Assembly: GCF_018977255.1 (NCBI RefSeq)
Contig: NW_024704742.1
Coordinates: 5,954,001-6,018,000 of the forward strand
Reading direction: 5' to 3'
DNA: 64,000 nucleotides
Source: Callorhinchus milii
Lineage: Eukaryota
Shown here one piece after another: positions 53,282-64,000 of this stretch. The position numbers and the translations under genes are program-made. Numbering within the stretch: position 1 is the stretch's first letter; each line of letters starts with the position of its first letter. Under the pieces are notes generated by a model that saw nothing but the letters and a program-made list of their open reading frames with translations, ran no database searches and was not told where the DNA came from.

Positions 53282-55469
53282 AAGTTAAAGGTCCCACGGT
53301 ATTATTCGAAAAGAGAAGGGAATTTCTTCTGGTGTCCTGACTATCAATCCCTGAGACAAGACTGATTATTCACCATATTGATGTGGGCAAATTGGCTGTC
53401 TCGTTTGCCTGCAAAACATACAGTCATTACTCTTGACAGTAAAATCCTATGAAGCACTCTGAGACATGAAAGGCTCTATATCAAATGGAAGGATTAATAT
53501 TATTTTGATCATTATAATTCACCGCTAATTGACACCCTCACAAGTACTGGTGTCAGAATTGGAAGCATTCGGGTGAGTACACCAGGTAAGCTTGTCCCTG
53601 CCAGTTTGGGGCCTGGTAATAATAATTTTCAGTGTTGATTGATAGTTTATCATAGGTCACAATTTTCACATTGCTTATTGCTCTTTTCACCTCACTATTC
53701 CATCTCTGCTTCTCCAATGTTCAAGCCCTGTCTCCTTCCCCTCCACAGTGAACATTTCCCCAACAGATAGTATTTCAGCAGAGTAGTTCACCTGCTGGAG
53801 TAGAGTAGGACATTAGTTTGTTTCCCGCAGATACAGGTTAGTGATCTGGGAACGTTATCAAGCCCGTGTGTCTGTGTAGAAAATTTGTCCCAACGGGTTT
53901 TGATGGGGTATGAAGGGAATAGGCTCAATGGGTTAAATGGCCTTTTCTCATTTCACACTGACTTATTATGTATGTAAAATGTAGAATTGCCAAAAAAGTA
54001 AATTGCACCATTTATTAAAAAAAAGTTAGTTAGAACTAATGGGAATATATAAATACTGGCAGATGACAGACAGCACTGTGTTTTTATTTTGCTGTAATTT
54101 TATCTTGTTTCATGTTGGAATCAAAGGCGATGCTTTTCTCCCCCCTTTCTTCTTCCATACCCAAGACTGTGCAGTTTGTAATTGTTGATTTCACATAAAA
54201 CACACTTGCCTGCAGGGGAATAGAAACCGGGGCCATAGAGCAGACAGAGATGAGCTCTGTACCATAACAGAGAGGAGTTCTTAATGCTATTTAATTAGAC
54301 GATGATACTGTATATTGTAAGACTACAAGACAGAAGATAAGGATGGATAAATAATTAAAGTGTGGGTGTGTGTGTGGATCAACTTGTCAGTTAGACACAC
54401 ACAGACAACTGAAGGGATTCCGATCACAGAACATCAAGAAAACGAAAACCAAAGCAGCCAGGAAACCACGTCCCACTTCTGCTCTTCGGTGACCGAATAG
54501 TTTGAAGCGTTGAATTATTAAAGCAAACTTTTCAAACATGCGATGGCAAAAATGTTGTTAAAAAATAAAACGCGTTGCACTAAAATCCGAAGGTTTCAAA
54601 TCCAGACACCCAAAAGATTCTACCTAACCTTACCCTGCGAGACCATTTTGTCTCAATGTGTAAGTTCGTGCAGAACCGTGGAAAATTTCTAAATTCGCTC
54701 TTAAATTCTGAAGCTTTTTTAAGAAGCATAGAAGAAAAAAAAAAACAACTTTCAAAATGAGACTGGATTGAAGAATGTTCCATAATCCTGGGTGATCTTA
54801 AATTTTAGGACAAAATGGACTTACAGGCTAAGATTTGGTTGAATTTCGGGTCTGTGAATTTCTCTCCTCTGTTCACCAATTTGACTTTCTCTCCTTTGCT
54901 TTGAGATGGTGACGACTGTTAAATAATAGGTATTCCTTCCCCCATTTTCACTCCTGGTGAAATACCCTACCGGCCTGTGTTGGACACAAGCAATACCGTG
55001 TAGGGCAGGTTTACCATTTTTACGACACTAGAATTTTGCAGGAATTTTACTGTCAACTCCCCAGTAGGCAGAGCCTTGCGTCTCCAGTGGTGTAGCGATG
55101 CTGTGGTTGATCCAGTGTAACAGCTGGAGCTGAAATAATGTGAATGAAACGTGATCATATCGATTGTGGTGTGAGTCCTGTTCTGTTCTTCCGACTACCT
55201 CTCTCTCTGGTCAACGCATTCACCCCAGTATCTAAATAATAATAATCAATGACAATAATCCTTGTATCTGATACACTGTCGTTCTCGTCGGGAGGCTGTC
55301 TCAAAATGCTTCGCGGGGTTTGCTGCGAAGTGTAGTGACTGTGTACGTTCTGGGCAAAATGAAATCTGCGCCCGTTTGTCACTTCACAAATGAAAAGAAA
55401 AGGTGACGTAGAAACCAGATAATGGTAGCACAGACGGGCTGAATGGCCCCCTTAATCTGCAGAGAATTT

Positions 55470-56045
55470 CTATCCCAACAATGCTCTGTGGCAATGAGTA
55501 AAACAAACCAGATGTTGGGACGTATCAAAAGATCAATAGCAAGCCGAAATAGTGGGATAATCCTGTCACTGTATAAATCATTGGTGAGACCATACTTAGA
55601 GTACTGTGTACAGTTCTGGTCGCTGCATTACAAAAAGGATTTTAGAGAAATTGAGAAGGTACAGAGGAGGGCTACCAAAATGATTGAGGGAATGGGAGGA
55701 CTGGACGATGAGGAACGACCAAGTAAATTGTGGCATGTTCACACTGGAAAAGGAGACGATTGAGAGGCGACATGATTGCTGTCTTTAAGATTCTAAAGTG
55801 GTTAGACAATAAAGATCATGACGGGCTGTTTCAACTTGTCCAGAATAGTAAAACCAGAGGACACGGCCTGCGATTGAAGGGGGGTACAGTCAAAACGAAT
55901 CTACGCAAACTCTATTTCACTGAGTGAATAGTGAACCTGTGAAACAACCTCCCTCGGGAGATGTTTGAAGCAAAAAGTGCTGATTCTTTCAAACACAGAT
56001 TAGATAGTTTTCTTTTAGGAAATAACATTATGGGATATAGTACAT
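55470..56045 (+). mobile_element. CR1 LINE 3' end with frameshifted ORF2 C-terminus
   Basis: KTNQMLGRIKRSI...LYKSLVRPYLEYCVQFWSLHYKKD...IEKVQRRATKMI and RRLRGDMIAVFKI...TRGHGLRL are diagnostic CR1 motifs. Confidence 0.93.
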
Positions 56046-57144
56046 AGGGAGTTTGGGACGTATGTGCATGCGACCGCCGGGAAGGTGGAAGGCGAACTAG
56101 GTGGACCTTGGTCTTTTTTCGTCTAGAGGTCTGACACTCAACGGCAGATCTTGGGGGGAGTGCTGCAGTAGTGGAGGTGTCGTCCTTCGGATGAGAAATA
56201 AAAGGGAGATCTCGCCTATCTGTTCAAGTAGACAATAACGATCACAAGGTTGGTTTAGATGAAGTACACCATTTGGCCTAACTGATCTCATCCATACAGA
56301 ATATCCATTCTACCACCCTCCCATCACAGAATCAAGTTGTTTTTTAAATGAGTCCGATGACCTGGCTTCTGCTACCTTTCCTGGTAACCTGTTCCAGTCA
56401 TTAATCACTTCTGGTGTCTGTCCTTAGTAACTCTTACCTTCGCCTCTGTTTACTTAGCAGTAAGTAGGAACCCGATTGTTAGTCGATTGGCGGATCGTAA
56501 TAATTCCTTCAAAAAAATAAAATAAATAATAATTGGTCACTTCAATCCACAACTGTTTGTGAGACGCTGCTGTGGGCAATTGGCTGCCACGTTTTGCCCA
56601 CAGAATATACAGTCAATTCACTTTACAGTATACTCTGTGAAGCTCTTTGAGACATCTCGAAGACGTGATAAGGCGTTATATCAAATGCAAGGATTATTAT
56701 TGTTTCACTGGAGAGTAAACACCAACACTAATATAAAATGAGTCGATCGGCCTCCTACTAGGTGCCTTCAGCCACTTCTACTGAAAGCCATGGAACTCCC
56801 TCCCTCAATCCCTTCGCCTTGCTCCCTCTTTCCCCTTCCTCTTTGATCATGCCTATGGTTACCTTCTCCCTCCCGTTGGCTCGGCATCGGGCTCTACCAT
56901 AGTTGATCTACAATCCTAACCACTTAGATGCAAAACAATTTGTGCCAATTCCATATACACCCACTTTTGTTTTTAATAAAAAGCCCCACTCTTTTCCTCG
57001 TTCGTTTAAGTGACATTATAGTTTGGTTTTCACCCCATGTCTTTGAGCGCAAATGTCAACTCTCTGTGAGAAAATAAAACTGCAATTCTGGGTAATATTT
57101 TTGGTGAGTTTTTGTTCCGTGCACCTCGAGGCATATTAAATAAA

Positions 57145-57270
57145 AAGCCAAAATACTGCAGATGCTGGAAATCTGAAATAAAAGCAGAAGTCGCTGGGAA
57201 CATTCAGCAAGTCAGGCAGCATCTATGGAGCGAGGAAAATGAGTCAACCTTTCGGAAATGACGAAAGGTT
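57145..57270. mobile_element. Penelope-like arm, second copy
   Basis: Aligns with 21150-21250; ends in hairpin AACCTTTCG-N7-CGAAAGGTT. Confidence 0.7.
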
Positions 57271-58629
57271 TCACCCACAAAATATACAGTCAATTCACTT
57301 TGCAGTATATTCTGTGAAATGCTTTGGGACGCCTCGAAGACGTGATTAAGTGCTATATCAAATGCAAGGATTATTATTATTATTAACTTAGCTCCTCTTC
57401 TGATGTCCTGGCTGACCATCTCCCAGGAAGAATTGATCATTGACTTTATGGATCATATTTATATTTTATGATTCATATTTCATATTTTATGGATCACAGA
57501 TATAGCTACTTCATGTGCCTACAAAATACAGTTATTACTGTTTACAATAAAATCCTGTGAAGTGCTTTGAGATGTCTTCCTAACATGAAAGGCACTATAC
57601 CAATTGGAAGTATTACTATTTTGATGACTATAATTTACCCCTAATTGACACTCTCGTAGATCCTGGTGTCAGAAATGGAAGCATTTAGATGAGTACGCAA
57701 GGTAGGTTTGCCCTGGCAGTTTGGGACTGGACCGTCCGTTTGAGTTGTCTGGTTATAAATGTCTAAAAAGCATTTTCTTTCAAAAGTGACAGTCAGTTTT
57801 ATTCAATTATCCACAAACATCTGTGTCTGAAAGGGGAAAGTCCTGTGCTATAACTGACCTGGGAGTGTCGACACTGACATTGAGTGACAAAGTTGGAATT
57901 ACACCGCTCACCAATTAAAAATAAAATCCTGTCATGAGAGCCGTAAAATCACAGCCTATGATGCTCCTTTGAAGATATTACAAGACGAAGTCCTGAGTTT
58001 GGAATTCATTTGTGTGCAGTTGTTCTGTGCAAGTCAGAACTGAAACGGATAATGTAAAAAGCTCGGAGTGAGCCAGTGAAGCTGCAACACTTTAAAGCGC
58101 TGTCACGCCGGTTTCTCTGAGCAGGTTGAACTGATGTGTTGAGCTCGGTGCTGTAGTGGGGGAAAACTTGTGACTTGTGTTTGAATGTGGCAGAGCAAAC
58201 AGAGGTGGAGCCATTTATCAATTGGACTATTTGGTTTTGAAGCACTATACAGAGTTTGGGTGAAGTAATTACATGTTGGACAATAGTTTTGATTGAGTTA
58301 ATATGTGACATATTAGAGCGGTGGTCAAAGGTTCCTCTTTGCCTACGGTCACCTCCCCCTGCCCCCAGCTCAGAGTCGTGCTCCGCCACTGTCAAGCTCT
58401 CTGGGGTGCTATGTAAATGCAAATTGTTGTTGTTGTTGTTGTTGTTATTGTTGTTATTGGGAATTCACTGTGTGATCATGTTGAATACTATTGATTTATT
58501 GTGAAAGAAAACATAACAACCATATGATCACAAGTCAAAAACACCTTAACACACCTGCGATTCTGTGCATCCAAGCCTACCCTGGGACCATTTACTCCGA
58601 TTTTCTCGGTTCCTGAAGGCACTGATTTA

Positions 58630-59100
58630 GGAACATAGGGAAGCAGGAAGCGAGGGAGGTCATTCAGCCCATCGAGCCTGTTCCGCATTCTCACAAGATC
58701 ATAAGATTGGTTTTAATGAAGAAGTCTCTTCGGACCATCTGATCTCATTCCTCCAGAACACCCATCCAATATTAAGCTGCTTTATAGTGACCCAACCTCA
58801 GCCACCATCCTGGCAACCAGTTCCGGTCATTAATTACCATCTGGTTTAAGGAACACTTCCTGGTGTCTGTCCTCAAATTGCTGTTTGCAACTGTTTGACC
58901 CTGTGTCCTCTTGTTCTACTGTCTTGACACATTCATTCTAGAGTATTGATCGGGCTTTAATTTTTCAATCCCACTTAAAATGTTATACACCTGTATAAGG
59001 TCTCCGTGTGAGACATTGTCTCTCAAAACAGAAGAACCCAATCTTGCCTGATCGTTGCTCAATGCTCATTCCTCTAACACTGGGGATTATCCTCATTGCT
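58630..59100 (-). mobile_element. Degenerate CR1 3' fragment
   Basis: Reverse complement resembles the CR1 tail. Confidence 0.6.
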
Positions 59101-60439
59101 TTGGACTTGTGGAGCTGAGTTAGTTGCAAGCGCTTCACAGAATATACTGTAAATTGAATTGACTGCATATTTTGTGGGCGCAACGCGGCAGCCAATTGCG
59201 CACAAACAATTGTGGATTGAGTGACCAAATTATTCTGATTATTATTTATATATTCTTGAAGGGATTATTAAACCCTGGTAAAGCAAAACACCGATCGACT
59301 AACAACCAGGTTACTGTTAGGTAAACAGAGGCGTGTGGAGTAAAGAAACTTGCCCCACATTTTGCCCTGCCTGGGAATCGAGCCCAGGTCCGAGCTGTGT
59401 GAGATTGCAGCTCTGCGGCTGCCAGGAGCTCTCTCTAAGTTTTCAAGCGGTTGCTAAAACGTGGAGGATCGACAGGACGTTTTTCCCATCGCAGCTGAAA
59501 AAGATCTTGTCCTTGTGTGTCCCAGTGTGTCTGTGAGAGGAAAAGAGTGTCAGACATCCTCGCCTGTTTTTGCGCGAGGTGTCAGTGCGTTCTAGCTCTG
59601 CATGCCCTGACTATCAACAACCTAGCTCAGAGATCCCAGCTCAGGCATGTAGAGTCTGTGTGCGCTCAGTCCCACACATACATCTTTGCCATTATTAGGT
59701 GGCCCTATGTTTACAAATGGAGGGAAGTGATCTTTGAAGAGTTTTACGTAAACTTCACACCGCCCGATCGGGGGGGGGGTGTCGTGTTTTGCGCTCATTA
59801 AGGTGAAGGATTCTCGCACCGAATTGTGGAGACTCTTGAATTCCGTCTGGATTTGGAGACTGGTTTCGTTGCAGTCCTTCAAAAGAAACGGACCTCCAAA
59901 TTAAGACCAAAACTCGAGGAATTTTCTACGATTCCGCGCCATCTTAAATTTTAAGATAAAACAGTCGAACAGGCTGAGACTTGGAGGGTTTTCAGGCTTT
60001 TAATTAGGTGTCATGTAAAGCAGACGGCACCACACTTGGTAGCTTAATAAAGGAGATTGTCACTGAAACAGTTAACTCAACCGCAGAGCAATTAACCTGA
60101 GAACCGTTTATAATTTATGTCAGGGGGAAAGAAAGAAAAAAAATACCCTCTTATTTTAATTCAACAAATATTTTCAAAGCAACGCTGATCCTTTGGAGGG
60201 AAATTCCACAGCACACAGCTGCACAATCTGCCCCGCAGTGCAAGGGCTCGTGTCCCTACCCGCTTCACCGAAGGAACACCAGCCAGTCGATGGGACTGTC
60301 CTTGAGGGAATAGATAACTACTGCCAGAAGTTTATCTTTTAATTCTATCCACGTAGGCATTGGATCTATCCCCGCACCCCCACGCCCGCATCAACAGCTC
60401 GGGTGTCCAGCCAGCTGCGTACAACTCTTTTGGACAAAA

Positions 60440-60811
60440 TAATAATAACAATCCTCACGTTTGATATAGGGCTTTATCACGTCGTCGAGCCTTCTCAAAG
60501 CGCTTCACAGAATATACTGTAAAGTGAATTGACCGTATATTTTGTGGGCAAAACGCGGCAGCCAATTGCGCACAGCAGCGTCCCCACAAACAGTCGCGGA
60601 TTGATGTGAACAATTTGTTTTTTTTTAAGGAATTATTACCCCCGGAAAAGCGATCCGACAATCGACTGACAACCGGGGGTTCCCACTCACTGCTATGTAA
60701 ACAGAGGCGTGTAGAGTAAGGATACTTGCCTAACATTTCGCCCTGCCGGGAATCAAACCCAGGTCTCTCGCTTGCGAGGCGAGTGCTCTAACCACTGAGC
60801 TACAGGACTCC
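60440..60811 (-). mobile_element. Full-length tRNA-Ala(CGC) SINE, long subfamily
   Basis: Head, long internal segment and tail all present. Confidence 0.9.
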
Positions 60812-61399
60812 CAGGATAACACCTCAGAGTCGTACAAGGTACTGTAATGCGACTCGTGCCACCGGTCTAATCATTGATGTGTTTTCTTTATGCGTTCAGC
60901 CAGGAAGCTCTGTGGCAGGGTGAGCTATCCGCCTGAAGATTGAAACAAAAGTTTGTATAATAGATTGGTCACTCAATCCACGACTGTTTGGCTGCTGCTG
61001 TTTCGCCTACAAATACACAGTCAATTCACTTTACAGTATAGTCTGTGAAGCGCTTTGAGATGTCTCGAAGACGTGAAAAGTGCAATATCAAATGCAAGGA
61101 TTATTAGTATTATATATCATTATTATATAGTATAAGCCAAGCCAATAGAATTCTTAACTCCAAAATTGGAGAGAACCACCAAGCTTGAAGTGCTATTGAA
61201 TCTTGTTGCAACCTGTCGGCAGAAATTGCACCTGGGTCTAGATGTACGTAATTAGTGTAACTTTTCAGTCCATCCTGAATTCATCAATTTATGAGATAGT
61301 CTTCAATTTTGTAATTTCTTTAAAAAAACTACAAAAAATTGGGCTTCAAAGTTGGAACTGAATTCAGCAATGTACAAATTCCGCACACTCTGAAAATAA

Positions 61400-61800
61400 T
61401 CCTCATCACCTTTGATATAGTGTCTTTCTTGGAGAATGTCCCAAAGCACTTCGCAGGATAAGCCTTAGAGCCATTTCGTAGGCAAACACACAGCAAATTT
61501 TCACCCAGTAATCTCACACAATCAGCCATGAAGTGATTGATCAATTTTTATTAGGGGGTGAATTGTTGGCCAGGACACTGCTGAGAACTCTTCTTTTCGA
61601 GTAATACCACGGGATTTTTAACGAGAAATTGAAACAAACAGACGGGACCTTGGTTTATTGTCTTATCCGAAGGACGGTACCATAAGATTTCGGCACTCCC
61701 CCCAGCATTGTATTGGAGTGTCAGCCCAGATGACGTGAAGTTCTGACCTCGGGCTTGAGTAAACAACCTTCTGACTCGGAGGAGTGAGCGCTGCCAATTG
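61400..61800 (-). mobile_element. Old Deu-type SINE
   Basis: Reverse complement matches 50005-50408. Confidence 0.7.
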
Positions 61801-64000
61801 AAGCAAGCCAACACCAGCTCTGTTAACAGAGTAAGTAAGGCTTGACTCAGGTGGAATACCAAACGGTCTCTGGTGCGATAATATTATTTTACTTTGGATG
61901 CCTTTAGCCAATGCATTTAGAAAATGTTCACAGTGTGATTTCACCATTAAACGTGCTGACAGTGTAATTGTTACACAGAACACTGAGAGATACAATTGAC
62001 CGATGATTTTATTCTTGTCAGCACTGAAGGGAACTTTAGTTCCAGCTGCTCTGAGCTATTAACACAACATAACTCTGCTTCCTTTTAGCCTCCTGTTATG
62101 TGACTGATCTTCCTGTCTTTGAGCCCCAGTGAGCTTACCTTAACCTCTGAGACCCTCTGCTGAAGAAATAACTGGAGGCCTTGAGCCTTAAGTGCATCCT
62201 GACTCAACCCCAACCATAAAGACAATTATTAATTCTTACTCCGATGTCAGGGCTATGATTAGCCCCATCCTAATCTAAAAATAAATGCTAACCTTGACAT
62301 TGTAATTTGATCATTAGTTCCAAAAGTACCTCAAACCAAAAATTAAAAGCAAATTAATCACAAGTACTAAGGGCAGTCAGGCTTTTCATTATATTTCATT
62401 ACTCACAATCGTGTTTCTTTTTTTACACACTGTGGTGATTGATTCCCCCCCCCCCCCTCTCTCTTGTCTTGCTCCTGAGGTTAGAAATCCGAGTGTAATA
62501 AGCAGCCCCGGTGATGCAGGATGTTAGTGCTCTGGGAATACAGCAGCCCTGAGTCCTTGTCTGTCCTACAATCCTTTCTCCCCCTCCAAACCCAACAGAC
62601 ACTTCCTTTTATTTATTTATTTTTAAAGTTCCGTTGATCAAAGTGAGGAGTGTTAACATAGGGAAATGGGACACTTTTCCTGTTTCAAAGCCTCACTGTC
62701 AGCACCAAAGACTCCCAGGTTAGACATAGCACAGTAAGGTGCATATCACAGTACAATAGCCCAATGTCGGGTGAGAAATTCCACCCGGGTTCAGACCGAC
62801 TCTGTTTATGGAGGATTTTACAGCGGCCGGAATCTGGCAAATTATTGGTGTGGCCTTATCCTTGAAGTTGGATTTCTGTTAGTGCTAACAAGAAACTTAC
62901 AGAAACATGGCTTTAAATAATCGGTATCTAAGAATTTGCCATATTCTGCATGCTCCAATATAATAATAATTCTTGCATTTTATATTAACACTTGTCATGT
63001 CTGGAGGATTTCTGAACGTATTGCACAGGATTTTACTTTAAAATTCTAGTGAGTAAGCTTTATGAGTACGGTAGCCAATTAGTGCACATTAAGCAATGCC
63101 TCATGAACAGCCATGAAATGAATGACAAGTCTTATTTAGGGGATTGCTGGCCAGGACACCAGGAGAAACTCCCTTTTCTTTTTCAATCGAGTCATGGGAT
63201 CTTTAACATCCATCTCAATGAGCAGACAGGACCTCGGTTTTATATTTCATCCGAAAGATGTCAACTCAGACAACGCAGTTCTCGTAGTAATACGCAACAT
63301 AAATAGAGTAAATTTCACCCAGGTGGTATTCCTCCCCTTCTGCCCCAAAAGTCGAATCTTGGAGTACTGAAATTCTAAGTTAAGAGTGAATTGAACAACT
63401 TTCCACTATTCAGCACAATCTGAAATTTTAGGACTGCAACCGTGAGAGATTTGTCTACAGGTTCCCAACATTCAAATGTGTTTTGGTTCAGAATTTAAGA
63501 TTAGAATGATTGTGTAAATTATTTCAAATCAGTCTTAATTTGGAAGCTGATTGTCGTTCTGAAAAAGAACGGGCTTCCAAATTAAGTCTGAATTTCCAGA
63601 CTAAGATTTAATTTTTTTATCTCAGTTCTGCCTATCTTAAACTTAAAGGACAAGATAGTCTTATAGATTGAGATAAGGTGGAATTTCTGACCGCAGACAG
63701 GCACTGTCTACTGTTGCGGGAAGTCATTTCATTCGTTGCACTAATCTGTGATCTAAGTGAAATTACATCCATCATGCCAGTTTAGTGCCTCATCACGCTG
63801 TACTATGAACCTGTACCTTCTAGTATTTTGGAGGAAAATATTCAATGCATTTGACATCAGACCCTTACAACCCCTCCAGCAGAGACTCGAGATTTAAATC
63901 CCACTAATCTGGATTGAAACCCAGATATGAGAGTTGTGCTATTCCACTGTGCTTCCCACAGAGAGTTTCTGATCTCTGTGGGGCTTTCTAGGGGATGTCC

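Noticed and set aside
13400..64000. Strand bias of SINE insertions
   Set aside because: A rough count shows only a modest minus-strand excess, too weak to support a claim

Overview
This is vertebrate genomic DNA. The repeat landscape (tRNA-Ala/Deu-type SINEs with (TTA)n tails, L2, CR1 and Penelope-type palindromes) points to a cartilaginous fish, probably a chimaera; that taxon call is inference. Two genes are recognisable. The last four coding exons of skp1 lie on + (445-3013). A complete five-exon rpl34 gene (117 aa) lies on - (7309-~12930), tail-to-tail with skp1, with a TCT/5'TOP first exon and a CpG-island promoter. From ~13 kb to 64 kb I found no protein-coding exon, only retroelements and several repeat-free, motif-dense blocks that look like enhancers. 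Highlights: (1) rpl34 sits beside skp1 (the TCF7 paralogon) rather than beside LEF1/OSTC as in human, so it may be an alternative ohnolog. (2) A Penelope-type palindrome has a hammerhead ribozyme core and a 12-bp target-site duplication. (3) A G-run minisatellite in rpl34 intron 1 has units that mimic a branch point, pyrimidine tract, acceptor and donor. (4) Three SINE copies carry inserts templated from neighbouring DNA. Repeat boundaries are approximate and were read by eye.
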